A stretch of DNA of 64,000 bases from Octopus vulgaris (lineage: Eukaryota), in the NCBI GenBank assembly GCA_951406725.2, contig OX597823.1, positions 52,576,001 through 52,640,000 on the forward strand, written 5' to 3'. Positions 1 to 14,166 of the stretch are shown in pieces (the first letter of the stretch is position 1; each line of letters begins with the position of its first letter). Made by a program: the position numbers and the translations under genes. Below the pieces are notes generated by a model that searched no databases, was not told the DNA's origin, and was given only the letters and a program-made list of their open reading frames with translations.

Positions 1-97
1 AAAAATTTTCTGAGAACAAATGTAGATCCTGAGTAATGTTGCAATACCTAAAATCTGTGTCTTTACATATCTGGGGCAATATAAATATTACTTTTCT

Positions 98-270
98 CAG
101 AAGTGGCTGTGTGGTAAAAAGCTTGCTTTCAAACCACATGGTTCTGCGTTCAGTCTCACTGCATGGTACCTTAGGCAAATGTCTTCTACTATAACCTCAG
201 GCCAACTAAAGCCTTGTGAGTGGATTTGGTAGACGGAACCTGGAAGAAGCCCATGGTGTATATATACAAC
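98..270 (+). mobile_element. tRNA-derived SINE, family A (CORE-like middle), 5' part
   Basis: A-box GTGGCTGTGTGGTAA, B-box-like GCGTTCAGTC, then accttaggcaaatgtctt and gccttgtgagtggatttggtagacggaa; same family at 6413-6573(-), 9308-9895(-), 22638-23033(-), 35718-35825(-). Confidence 0.8.
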
Positions 271-309
271 CCCACATACTTCAAACTTATCCAACAAAAA
301 GAAAGTTAT

Positions 310-2300
310 GGGTAGACTTGCAGAAATGTTAGAGTGTTGGGAAAATGCCTTGAGGTATTTTTTATGGATCTATATGATCCTGAGTTCAAATCCAGCATAG
401 GCCAACTTTGCCTTTTATGTTTTGAAGGGTGATAAAATAAAGTACCAGTTTAGTGTTGTGATTGGTGTAACCAACAAACATCTTTCCCTAAATATTGCTG
501 GCACTGTGCCTAAATTAGAAACAATTATTGTATCTGTAAATGCATGAATACATATCTTCATTATATTTTTTAAGATAATTGTTTTATTTGTTTTGCAGAA
601 TTCTTCAGCTTGGTGGTTTTGTTGGCAAGAATTATAATTAACCCTATAAATTTTTTTTTTGTAACTGTGGACAAAATTTTAATTGTTTAAAAACCATTTC
701 GGAGAAGTTGTGAGAAATATGTAATTAACTGTATCTCTTAATTAGATGTGAGAGAGAAGTATTAACTATCTCATCCAATAAGTGTGAGGAACATGTGTTA
801 GTTAACTAGCTTTCGGAATTCCATGTAAAAGGGAAGTGTTAACCAAGTCAGCTAGTCTTCAGATATAAGAGAAATGTGTTAACCATCTCACACAATCCGT
901 GATGCAAATATGTTGTTGATATTTACACACAAATTAAGGTGAGAAGCAGGTAGAATTGTTAGCACTCTGGACAAAATGCTTAGCAGCATTTCATGTCTTT
1001 ATGTTGAGTTCAAATTCCGCCAAGGTCAACTTTGTCTTTCATTTCTTTCTGGGTTGATGAAATAAGGACTAACTAAGTACTGGGGGTCGATGTAATTGAC
1101 TTACATCCTCCTCTGAAATTACTGGCCTTGAGCCAAAATTTCAGACTGATATTTACATGCAAATCACCTCTGATCAAACACCTGTATGACCAAAAGCATT
1201 CCAGCCATGGCCATTTCATATATATTTGTTCAGATATCATATCTCTACAATTGCATCATCCAAAATCTCCTTTTATTTATTTAAGATATTGGGTGGGGGT
1301 GGGAATATGAGGAAAATAAAATTGCTATTTTTAGTAGGTCAAATGACTATGTATTTGGCTTCTTGTTGAAATATGAAAATAACAACAAGGGTTCCAGTTG
1401 ATCTGATCAATGGAACAGCCTACTCGTGAAATTAACTTTCAAATAGCTGAGCACTCCACAGACAAGTGTACCTTTAATGTAGTTATCTGGGGGATTCAGA
1501 GTAACACAGAATGTAACAAGGCTGAGCCTTTGAAATACAGGTACTACTCATTTTATGCCAGCTGAGTGAACTGGAGCAACATGAAATAAAGTGTCTTGCT
1601 CAAGAACACGATGCATCACCAGGAATTGAACTCATGACCTTATGATCATAAGCCAAATACTCTAACCAGTAAGCCATGTTCTTTCACAAACATGTGTATA
1701 CCCTTTACCTTTTTAAGGAAGCTACGATATGGTTTGAGAGAGATTTAGAAGCTATGTCTAGCTTGTAGATTGAGTTACCACACAAATGCTATCTGTTAAT
1801 ATTACTATATAGAGTAAGGCAGTGAACTGTCAGAATCATTAGTATGCTGGGTAAAATGCTTAGCAGTATTTTGCTTGTCTTTACAAAATACTTAGCAGCA
1901 TTATGTTTGTCTTTATATTCAGGGTTCAAATTCCACTGAGGTCCACTTTGTCTTTCATCCTTTTGGGGTCAATAGAATAAGCACCAGTTGAACACTAGGG
2001 TCAATGTGATTGACTTAACCCATCCCCTGCAATTACTGGCCTTGTGCCAAAATTTGAAACCAATATTACAATAGAGTGTAAGGTGATAAGCTGGCAGAAT
2101 CTCTAGCATGCCAAGCAAAATGCTTAGCCGTATTTTGTCCATCTTCACATTCTGAGTTCAGCTTCTGCCAAGGTTGACTTTGACTCTCGTTCTTTCAGGA
2201 TCAATAAAATAAGTACGAGTTGGGCACTAGGTTTGATGTAATTGACTTACCCACTCACCTCAAAATTGCTGGCTTTGTACCAAAATTTTGAGCCAATATT
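310..2300 (+). mobile_element. Cluster of Meta-domain-type SINE copies (family B), with a family D copy on the minus strand at about 1385-1690
   Basis: Repeated motif gagttcaaattccgcc..gtcgactttgcctttcatcctttcggggtcgataaaataagtaccag at about 310-525, 938-1150, 1816-2065, 2080-2300; more copies at 22125-22265(-), 24540-24760, 26975-27126, 37945-38132(-), 59030-59225(-). Confidence 0.8.
710..945. repeat. Degenerate ~38-bp minisatellite, about 6 units
   Basis: Recurring tgtgaga..(a/g)tgtgttaac..tctc motif spaced 35-42 bp apart. Confidence 0.45.
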
Positions 2301-4118
2301 AATATATAGAGGTTTGGAACAAACATTTTGGTCATACTTCCAGTGCTTGTGTTAAATGTAGACTTACAAGGGCAGTGAGCCCAAGATTTATCTCTTCGTT
2401 GCCCTGTTTTATTCTTTGTGATTTAACTATGTTGATACAACATAAATAGTCTGTTCAACAAGTCTCTAACATTGCTACCTATGGACTTGTAAATATGTGT
2501 GTTATATACGGAGCAAAAGTTTTGAATAGACAGGAGAAAGTGAAATAATGTATGGATGGATGATGAGTTGACAGATAGCTAAATGGATGATTGAACAAAA
2601 TGATGTGTGGTTGAACAGATTAACAAATATATAAAGATGAATGGATAATTGAATTGACAGATTAAGGTAAATAGATATTTAGATAGAGATAGATATAGAG
2701 ATTAATAATAGATAGATAGATTAAATGGATAGGCAGATAAAAATTTTGATTGGTAGATAAATCGATTTATTTACCTGTTGGGACCCATCACTCTCCAGTT
2801 TTGAACATAGCTGATTTCTGATAGAGTGGGAATGATTGAGAAAGCAAGGGAAGAAAAATTAACTGTAGCACTTGATGGTTACTTTATTTATTGACCCTGT
2901 AATTTTGGATGGCAAGGCTGACTTCAGTGGGATTTGAACTCTAAGCACAGAAGACGACAAAGAATGCAAGGCATTCTTTTCAACTATCTAGCTACTCTGC
3001 CAACTCACCAACATAATTGTATTAGATAAAGACAAGATACTATAGATAGATTGACTAATGCATGGACCAACTTCCTTATTAAACATTGATTTAAAATCTA
3101 ACATAAAAGGCAATATTTTAATTAACAAAGACATTTAAAGTGAGATTGGGAACATTATAAAATATTACAGTAGATAGTATTTCACTCAATTTCATTTTCC
3201 AACACTTTGACTGTGACGAAATCTCTTAAATCCAACACCTGATACTGAACTAAGGACTTCATTTAACAGGGTTAAACTTCCTTTTGACACATACTCTTCC
3301 AACTGTTTATATTCTAAGATATTAATATGTCAAAGTAAATAATGAAAAAAAGAAAAAATACTTCCTTCAAACAGGATGGAAATCTTATTTTACCAATTAC
3401 CATTTACTTGGTACTATAAATTTGTAGCTAGTGTGTCCAACACCTTGACTAATGATGGCCATCCCTCTCTTGTTACTCCTTCTACTTTCACTTTTGACAG
3501 ATAAGAATCAATAAATCTGAAGAAAGATGTAAATAACCTCAGATATAATTTTGCATCATCATAATGAATATTTCCTTCTGTTTAATTAATATTTCAGGAA
3601 CCTTCTAGTAGAATGACTCCTAAGCATGCAATTCGACATGGTTCACTATCAGAGTAGATACTAACATTACAGTTATATAGTCAAACCTAACTACATGCAA
3701 TTAACTGAAAAGGTCCCTTCTCTCCAATACAGACGAGAAGCATCTTGTGTTGGCATAGAACTATTTTGAGACTATAAAGAGATGGGTTGAGGACAGTGCA
3801 GTTCTGCTCCCAACCTAGCTTGCACCCCTGAGAGCATTACATAACTTTTAGTTGAGTTAAGACAATTAATATAATGGTTACATAGCCACAGCTATTTTCA
3901 ATTGCTTTCTTCCAAGTGGTTCTCAGAAGCACACAGCCAACCCAAGGTTTCGAGATTCCTCATCTAAATACCAAATGCATCATAAACAAACAACATTATT
4001 TCAATGACAAATATTTCTTCTCGCATTTTATACTTACATGTCAGAATTATCCCTTCAGACCAGACAAACCATAAATAAATTTATACACGCATACCCACAC
4101 ACAGATTTATGTTGATGC

Positions 4119-4925
<807 letters not shown>

Positions 4926-5046
4926 TGTATATGTATGTGAGTGTGTGTATGTCTGTAAGTGTATATGACAGTGAATGTGTATGTTTATCTTTCTATCTAT
5001 CTATCTATCTGTCTATTTATGTATATGTATATCTTTATATACACAT

Positions 5047-5101
<55 letters not shown>

Positions 5102-5107
5102 TATATA

Positions 5108-6124
5108 CAGGGGATGGACAAAATAATAGAAACACCCAGCATCATAGCATCATAATTTTTAAATATCTATAAAACCATCAAAACTTCTTTATTTTCTATT
5201 TTTTTCTTTTATTTATTACTATTGTTGCTTAATATGTTTTGCTAAAATTGCTGTTTCTTTTCAGATATCATCAAAAAAAGGTAATTAAGATTCATTAAAA
5301 TGACAGATCTATCAGACTTTCAAGGAGGTCAAATTGCTGGTGCTCATATGGCAGGTGCTAGTGTAACGAAAACACCTGAAATGTTTGGTGTATCAAGAAA
5401 ACTCCAGAAGAAAACAAAAACTCTCAGATAGGGCCCGCTGAACTCTTACACAAATTGTTAGAAAGGATCACAAAAGTACCACTTCCAAAATTACTGCAAA
5501 GCTTAATGACCACCTCAGGGACCCAGTTTCCACAAAAATTGTTTGCTGGGTGCTGCACAAAGCCAGATTTCATGGGAGCGTTGCAACCAGAAAACCATTA
5601 TTTTCAAAAGCAAACGTTGAAAAGTGTTTGGACTGGAGTAAAAACCTACAGAATTGGTTCCTAGAGCAGTGGAAGAATGTTATTTTCTCAGACGAGTCAT
5701 CCTTTACCTTATTTCCGACCACCCTCTGAGTATTTGTGTGGAGACAGCCAAAAGAAGCATTTGACCCAGACTGCTTTTTCCAACTGTTAAATATGGAGGA
5801 GAAGACTATTTAAGCATTTTATCTGATCAAATTCATCCTATAGTTGCAGAACTGTTTCTTTCATGATGATAATGTACCAATTCACACAGCTAAAGTTGCT
5901 ACTGAATGGCATAAGGAACATTCTAGTGAAGTTGAACATCTTATCTGGCCACCACAATCCCCAGATCTCAATATTATTGAACATTTATGGTGCATTTTAG
6001 AAAAACAAGTAAGGAGTTCATATCCACCCCCATCATCACTACAAGAACTGGAGACTGTTTTAGCTGCAGAATGGACAAAAATTCCTTTGGAAACAATTCA
6101 AACTTTATATGAGTCTATACCTCG
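5108..6124 (+). mobile_element. Tc1-family DNA transposon remnant with DD36E-spaced transposase
   Basis: TA|CAGGGGATGGACAAAATAATAGAAACACC terminus; HTH-like MTDLSDFQGGQIAGA; VIFSDES; HDDNVPIH...WPPQSPDLNIIEHLW; frameshifted, 3' end replaced by another repeat. Confidence 0.9.
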
Positions 6125-6400
6125 TTTTTTTGTATTATTTTTGTATTTATATTCGTGTAACGTCCGTTTTTCTGTCCTTGTTTCATATACATTCAAAGCT
6201 TTTTTCCAAGGAATCTAATGCTCTTAGCATAGTTTTTCCTTGGGACTGGCCAGATTGGAGCAATCTCAAGATTAATCAGCCAAAATTGTGAGGATGATCC
6301 GGTTCTTGACTGAATATTAAAGGCTTCGAAAGACCTGTCCGTGTTTTTTGTATCGTCTTCTGGCTGTTTTGCGTTCTTGTCCCATTTTGTATTTATATAT
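6125..6400 (+). mobile_element. Interspersed repeat family X (T-rich tail into (TA)n)
   Basis: Shared core ccaaggaatctaatgctcttagc..ttccttggg..ggccagattggagcaatctcaagattaatcagcc also at 21073-21408, 51815-52215(-), 59555-59800(-). Confidence 0.8.
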
Positions 6401-6590
6401 AATATATATATAAGACAGGTTTCTTCAGTTTCTGTCCACCATATCCACTCACAAGGCTTTATTCAGTCCAAGGCTATAGCAGAAGACATGCTAAAGGTGT
6501 CATGCAGGGGAATTGAATCCAGAACGATGTAGTTGGCAAGCAAGCTTCTTACCACATAGCCATGCCAGCACCTCATATATATATATATAT

Positions 6591-6637
<47 letters not shown>

Positions 6638-7314
6638 TAGATACACATGCACACACAGATACACATATATATATAAATATACTGCATATATGCACGTATA
6701 TATGCATATATTCATATTTGCATACAAATATGCATGCATATGTTATATGTGCATGCATATACAGATTGGTAAGCGCTTGTGTTTATAAATGGAGAAGAGT
6801 TTCATATTTCCAGTAATTCTGGCAATTGATGCAAAGAAACAGTGTGACAGTATATAATAGCAAATATTTACAAGCAAATCAAAATAAGAACAGTTACCAT
6901 TCCATCAAGATCTTATTGACTGTTGACAATCTAAACAATGTACATGTTACATATTCCTTGTTTCAATAGTCAAAAGTCATACAGGATTTAAAAGCTTGTG
7001 GGGTTAAATGGCTTCAGTATCTTATATGTAGAAGATATGACAAGAAGGAAGCAAGGCAGCTATTATAAATGAAGTTTGACTGTAAATGAATAAAGAATTC
7101 TGTTTTGCTTCTATTTTAATTATATGAGTATTGTTCAGAGTATAGCAAAACCATTATGGAAGAAATAAACTTTTGTAGGTAGTTAGAAATTGAAAATTTT
7201 TCAATAAATAATTCTATTTTATTTTTTATCTTTTATATGTTTCAGTCATTAGACTGTAGTCATTCTTGGGCAGCACCTTGAAGGATGTTTTGTGGAATGA
7301 ATCTGTACTAGTAC

Positions 7315-7357
<43 letters not shown>

Positions 7358-7431
7358 AAGCCTTATACTTATTCTGTCAGTCTGAACTGTGATGTTACAG
7401 GGATGTAATCACACCCAATCTAGATCACCTC

Positions 7432-7549
7432 AGGTACATCCATACATAAAGTGGTGTCTCACAAAAGATCTTGAGTTTGGGTAAATAACAATATGACTGC
7501 CCAGACTCAAGATCTTTTGCAAGACAACACTTTATGTATGGATGTACCT
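7432..7549. repeat. Short inverted repeat / MITE-like hairpin
   Basis: ~52-bp arms aggtacatccatacataaagtg...ttgagtttgggta / tgcccagactcaa...tttatgtatggatgtacct, ~14-nt loop. Confidence 0.8.
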
Positions 7550-8109
7550 AGGCTCAGTTCATAACGTTAGATTTATTTGAAAACCACAAATCTGGTCTAT
7601 GAGAAAACATGAGAGAAAAATGAGAAGAAAGAAAAATGCAGGGTAGGTTGATGTAAAAAAATGGAATGAGAAAAAGGAAAAGAAAAGTGCAGAATAACAT
7701 AACAAAAAGGATGCCAATGTCTGAGATTTAGCTACTCAGTCTGATGATACATGATATGTTATGTAAATCTGCTAATTAAATGTATCCTAAAGCATGAAAC
7801 TATTAAATAATCTTTTGTAATTGTGTATATTAAATAATGTTTATATCTCACTGTATTGAATAGCTTTTTTGGTTGATTGTACCTATGATAGAATTGTAAA
7901 CTACATATACATATAAACTGTTACTCCCAATACGTTTTTTTTACAATCCTTTTTTTCTTTCTCCTTCCTTTTTTTTTCTTTGAAGAGTGTAGATTTGAAA
8001 TGTCAAAGACCTTTCCATTCCTCCTGAGCATCAAACTAATACACCTGCTTGTTGTTTCCTCACCTGTCTTTGTCTTTTGGTTTCTGTGAATTTGAACTAT
8101 ATATATATA

Positions 8110-8114
8110 TCATT

Positions 8115-8151
<37 letters not shown>

Positions 8152-8440
8152 CCGTTTAATGTCCGTTTTCCATGCTAGCATGGGTTAGATGGTTCGACCA
8201 GGGTCTGGGAAGCCAGGTGGCTGCACCAGGCTCCAGTCTGATCTGGCAGTGTTTCTATAGCTGGATGCCCTTCCTAACACCAGCCACTCCGTGAGTGTAG
8301 TGGGTGCTTTTTACGTTCCACCAGCATGGAACCAGTCAAGGCAGCGCTGGCATCGGCCACGTTTGGATGGTGCTTTTTACGTGTTACCAGCACGGGTATC
8401 ACAACTACAATTTCCATCTGATTTTTATTTTTATGTTGAT
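8110..8440 (-). mobile_element. SINE with (ATG)n tail (family E)
   Basis: (CAT)n then cgtttaatgtccgttttccatgctagcatgggtt...ggatgcccttcctaac; same family at 25418-25590(-) and 35550-35705(+). Confidence 0.75.
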
Positions 8441-9424
8441 GTATTTGACTCAATAGGTCTGTGTGTGTGTGTGTGTGTATGCATGTATGTATGTTTAATT
8501 TCATTATATTATCTTTCTTTTAATTTATACTCTATCATTTTTACATAGAAAACAGCAAGAAATATTTAACATGCCACTCCGGCACTGTTGTACATTTAGT
8601 AGCATCTAGATTTGTCTCCATATTTTATGAGTTGAAATCCTTTCAGAGCCGATAAAATAATTACCCATCCCTTGCAAATTTGTGGCCTTGCTTCAATTGA
8701 AGAAATCATTATTATTAGGAAAAGGCGGAGTTGGAGAAAGTATATTTCCAAATTTCAGTGGCAGAATATCACAAGGAAAAAAAATGTCTTATCTGTTCTC
8801 ATCTTCTAATCGACTTCGATCAATGTTCACATCAATCGATGTGTGATAACAATAACATTTGTAATCAATGTTAGATTCCGTGATGCCAGCAGCAGATAAT
8901 TATATGAAAGCTTAGCATTAAAGAATAATCTCTTTGGAGAAACTTGGAATTAGTATTAGTCACTTAACGTGCAAAGATCTGCTTTCAGCTTTCATAAAAC
9001 ATGGGAAAATGCCAAGCAATAAAACTTTAACCAAAAATGAGGAATCTTCAATATTATACGCATAAATACCAGGAGATATACAGAGAGAAACAAAGAAGGA
9101 ATGGGAGGGAAACGGTATTTCTTCAATTTCCTTTCCTTGTTTTCAGTGTGTAATCTGCTGATTACTTACTTCAAAGACATACAATGATGTCTCGGTATTG
9201 TCCCTCAATGTGGCATATTTCATCATATTGCAGCAGTTGGGTTATCATTGAATTGCGTCTACAATCAGGTTTCAAATCTCAGTGGTTCACATTTCTAATT
9301 TCTTAATCTTTTACTCGTTTCAGTCAGCGGACTGCAACCAAACTGAAGCACTGACTTGAAATGCTTAATCAAACATATCAATCCCAGTACTTATTTTTTA
9401 ACCCAGGTAGTTGTTCTATTAAAT

Positions 9425-9622
9425 ACAGGTAAGTTCACCACAGGGAAAGTTCAATGCCATCAATTCGCCATGAAGAAAGTTTGCCATGAGATAAGTTCAC
9501 TGTGAGGAAAGTTTACCAAGAAAAAATATTCCTAGTATCTCACCATTAATAGTTAAAAACTGTTGAAAAGAAAAACAATGAATTGATGACAGTGAATTGA
9601 TGATGATGAACTTATCAGACAT
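9425..9622. mobile_element. Small element with ~16-bp subterminal tandem repeats, inserted in a SINE
   Basis: Units ggaaagttcaccatga repeated about 6x at left, inverted variants (tgaattgatga, tgaacttatc) at right; splits the family A SINE 9308-9895. Confidence 0.4.
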
Positions 9623-10029
9623 GATTCTATCATTCTCTTTTGTGGAACAACTAAATTAGGGGGACATAAACAAACAGACACCAGTTGTCAAGCAGTGGTG
9701 GGGGGACAAACAGAAACACACATGCACACACACACATACACACACACACACACATGTACACAAACTTTGCTGGCTTTCAGTTTTCCATCTACCAAATCCA
9801 CCCACAAGGCTTTGTGGGTCTAGGGCTGTAGCAGCAGACACTTGTCCAAGGTGCCACACAGCAGGACTGAACTTGAGACCAGATGTTTGGGAAGCTTACA
9901 ACTAACTTTTATTTTCCCATAAGAAAATGAAAGTCCTTCGGTTGATTTGTTCAACTAAAGGCGGTGCTCCAGCATTTAACTGAAACAAGTAAAAGTAAAA
10001 TTGAGAGAGTTTACAAAAAAGATCAAGGA

Positions 10030-11450
10030 TGATAGGGGACACTACAATGCAATGTGGAGTTACATATAAAATAATGTAAACAGTAAAATAACAGAAACGA
10101 AAAAAATTCAAACAAGGAATAATTCACCCAAAGTGGGGTAACTTCTGAGGGCTACTTCAGGCAACCAACATAACTACTGTCACCCCGACCACTAGGGCAG
10201 ATGCCCTTTTCCTATCCTCTTCCCTCACTCTGCTGGTACCAGCTCCAGACAGATCTGATCACTCAGACCATCCTTGCTACTCTCATGTGACTTTCAATCA
10301 ATTTGCTGGAAGGCACCGTTTCCTTCTCCACCTCCACTTTCCTTTCAAAGTAAAACTTAAAAAGTTAATTAGGGCTTGGTCAAAGAGGACAGTGTCTACT
10401 TTTGGTCTTTTCAGTGTAGCCCACCACACATCCTCTTTCACTAAGGCTACCGGACAGATAAATTCTACTCATCCTTGCCAGCCAAAGAAGGAGAAATATT
10501 ATGGTTATTTCAAGAAGGCAATGCCATCTTACACATTTTTTCTATTTTTTATATGATGCACAGAAAAAGCACAGCCATGTATATAACCCATAATTTTATT
10601 CAGTTCTACATAAGTTTTTTTTTGTTTCTTTCTTTCTTTTACTTCTTTTTTTCTTTTTGGTTTGCTCATTTTCAGGAAGATGCCTTTTTTTTGTTTGCTA
10701 GTCTCTATCTCTCTCTCTCTCTCTGATGGTTTGGAAGTCTTGATTAATTTCTCTCTCTTCCCACTCTGTGCCAGACAATGAGTTGGTGCTGCTGGTTGCT
10801 ACAGCCAGAGTACAGGATAGTTATTTACATATTTTTAGGAACACAAGGCAACAATATTCTTCACCATTTTCAGATGATGCTTTGGAAATGGGAGCCAGAT
10901 GATTTTATTTCTCTCTCAGCCTCCGTTTTCATTCCTCTTACTTTTTCTCAGCCTTTCTAGTTCCTCAGGGCAAGAGGTCCTCCAGTGTTTTTTTTCTTTT
11001 TCTTTTACCACCACATATGTAACTGTTAAGCCCTTTATCTTGCCCCATCAGTCTCAAGTCCTTTGTCTTGACACCCTTAACTGAGCACAGCTCTGATGAT
11101 ATGACCATGTGGCCATTGCAGATCATTGATAGTTGTAAATGCATCTTGTTTTCTCTTAACCACATGTCACTTTTCCTCATTCCTGCACTAACCACCCATC
11201 CATACTGTAATACGAATGTGATGAATAGCCACAGATCCAATGTTTCCATAATCATGACTCTTGCATTTCTCTGACCCATATACTGGGGTCACAAGTGTAT
11301 GAATGGAAATTTATCTTTTTCATTCTGTTTTGGCTGGGTCTTCCTTCCTCAGCATACAGCTGACGATACCATAAGCCCTACTTTTCTTAATCAAGTGGAT
11401 ATTACCCAATGTATCTTTCAGTGCTTCTTTTAAACTTTGGATGGAAATTG
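10030..11450 (-). mobile_element. Highly decayed Tx1/L1-like LINE
   Basis: Minus strand IKKSRAYGIV resembles ORF1 IAKGKAYGTV at ~13460; ORF2 C-terminal-like tract at 10300-10600 and T-rich 3' tail. Confidence 0.45.
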
Positions 11451-12134
11451 GCTTTAACTAGAGAACTGATAAAACTATAGGATATTGCTGTGAAAGATTA
11501 TTTCTATTGTCTAAGAACACAAATATAGCTATTGAAGAGATTAAGAAAGGAGACATGCCGGAATTGAAAACCAGATAATAGAGTTGCAGAACTCTGCTAT
11601 CCATTATTCTGCATGAACCATAAGCAAAAGTCCTCAAAATAAGGAAACTTGTTGTCCTTAATTCTCAAGCCATGATAAATGTGAAATGATGATGATGATG
11701 ATGATGATGATGATTGTGGTGATGGTGGTGGTGGTGGTGGTGGTGGTGGTGGTGTTTTTATGGTCATGATAAAAATGATCATCATGTTGACAACATTGAT
11801 TAGGAAGACCACGAAGATAATGATAGCAATGATGACAACAGCAAGAACAACAACAGTATCTACAGTAAGATTTCGGTTCTGCTCTGAGCCAATATAAAAG
11901 CTTTGATCAAATTATGTCCATGTATTGTTATCATTATCATTGACATCATCATCTCATCATCCACCCAAGAAATAATTAATTTCATAATATTTCTAAACAT
12001 TCAAGTTTATTAATTAATTAGAGACCATATGAAACTGCAACATTTCATTGGCTAGAATGTATTATCGTCATCTCTCCATCTACTGAGTACTTTGGTTTCA
12101 AAAAGTAATTTCCTGCAAATACATGACAGTTTAC

Positions 12135-12212
<78 letters not shown>

Positions 12213-12554
12213 TAATAATAACACGATAATTATAAGTGCAATTATTTACCTCAGGCTATTGTCATATAATTTGTTTAATCATCATTTCAACACAAATTGA
12301 TTGATAATATGCATAGCTGATATATTTATGGTGCTAATTGTGTAATAATTATTCTGCATATATTTCCTGCTTATTTCACAATATTACATTTATGTAAGTA
12401 GTAAAGTAGAATAAAGTTCCCAACAAGATACGTTTGCAATGCAAGATTGATCTCTGGTTTAGCAATCACACTTCAATTTTACCTCATATCTGAGATTTCT
12501 ATCCTAATGTTTTATCTTTTTATTAGAGAAAAAAATGCATTTTATATATATATG

Positions 12555-12610
<56 letters not shown>

Positions 12611-13128
12611 TGTGTGTATAGTCATGTGTGCTTTTTTGTTTTATGAATCATTAAGCAGTCTTTCACTGCTATATCTCTCTTGATGTACTGGGAGAGAGGG
12701 TGTGGTGAAAAAATATCCCTGGCAAAATGTAAAAACAGCAAAATTCTTCTTGTGGCTGATGATTTAAAGCTGTTCAAGATGACCATCAGTCACACTGATT
12801 TCATCTGAGCACAGCAAAGAACATGAGTAAATTTCTGTTCTCTAGAGAATACTAATAAAAACATAAAACTTCAGGATAGAAATCTCAGATATGAGGTAAA
12901 ATTGAAGTGTGATTTTCTGTGGCTGTTGTGGCACTGTATATATTTTCCTGTTAAAAAATTGAACTGTTTTAAAGTCTTTGCAGACTTATTTGTGTGCCCC
13001 GCCACCACTGGGAGTGGGAAATGAACTGTTTTGAACTGTTTTTGAACTGTTGACCTCTTCTTGAGTTTAATTTAAATTATTTTATTCTTGTGTTTTCTCT
13101 GTTCCTTGGTTGTTAATTTTGGCCGAGT

Positions 13129-13920
13129 ATGTCAGTCGAAGTTATCAGAGAAAAATGTACTCTTGAAGAGAGTAATGTTGATGTTGGCAGTAGTGCCAAC
13201 ACCGTGAAGATATTTTTGGCAGTTGCCGCAGTGGCAACAGAAAATATTGATATCCCTGTAGGAATGCTACAGGAATATTTCAAAAGAATGAAAGAGGAGG
13301 ACAGTCATGTGAAAATATCACCCTCCTCCAACACTGTGGATACAGAGAGAAAAAGAATTTTGTTTCAAACCTACTGTACAGAAAACAAGCACTTCAAGCA
13401 CTTTGAAAAGGAGAAAATTGAAAAATGTCTTTCCCCAATATGGAAAGACATAACTTACATTGCAAAGGGCAAGGCATATGGCACTGTGGAAGTGTGTTTT
13501 TCCACAGAGGAGATGACCCACAGGTACTCTGTGAGCCCCCTGAAAACTAAAGAAGTGAAGCTTCTGCCAACCTACATGGGGAGAGATACTTCCCGTGTAA
13601 AGGAGTCAGAAGTGCCACCAGAAGTGGATCCGAGGGACGTTATGGCCGCCCTGTTGTTCAACAGGATGGACAAAATCAAGTTTCTCCAAATCACATGCTC
13701 TGCCCCCCAGAATTGGCTCGGACAGAGCATCTCGGCAAACATTCGGGGGGCCCATGGAGATATCGACATACTTCCAGACTGGATATTTGTGGGTGACAAT
13801 ACTATATTAAAAATCCAAGTGGAGGGTAAAAAACCCACATGTTACGAATGTGGCAAAAAGGGCCTCATTCGAGCAGATTTTGAGGAACGAAAAAATGGCG
13901 CAGACACCAGGCCCTATTAG
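13129..13920 (+). CDS. Tx1-like ORF1 (RRM-like region plus degenerate CCHC knuckle)
   Basis: 263-aa ATG ORF; KAYGTVEVCF; PTCYECGKKGLIRADF is a decayed CX2CX4HX4C; frameshift near 13880. Confidence 0.75.
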   Translation: MSVEVIREKCTLEESNVDVGSSANTVKIFLAVAAVATENIDIPVGMLQEYFKRMKEEDSHVKISPSSNTVDTERKRILFQTYCTENKHFKHFEKEKIEKCLSPIWKDITYIAKGKAYGTVEVCFSTEEMTHRYSVSPLKTKEVKLLPTYMGRDTSRVKESEVPPEVDPRDVMAALLFNRMDKIKFLQITCSAPQNWLGQSISANIRGAHGDIDILPDWIFVGDNTILKIQVEGKKPTCYECGKKGLIRADFEERKNGADTRPY

Positions 13921-14166
13921 AAAAAATGCAACTCCCCCAGACGATACCATGGAGGTATCAGAGGGGGGAGTTTTCTGTAGTACGGAAACGTACATTGGCA
14001 CCATCCCATCCACATCCCCTCCAAATAATACAAGCGAAGCGCCACAGGCAATAAAAAAGACCCGCCCCACCGTCCCTGGGAAAAAAGACAAAGAAAACAT
14101 TATTTTGGTAGAATCGCACGCATCGAAAGTGTTGGCTCAACCGGTAGGAAGAGAAACTCACGTCTC

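Noticed and set aside
710-945. Regularly spaced motif as a CRISPR-like array
   Set aside because: Eukaryotic context, degenerate units without constant repeat and unique spacers, no cas genes
7741-7780. CTGATGA-tacat..atgta
   Set aside because: Lacks GAAA and cleavage triplet
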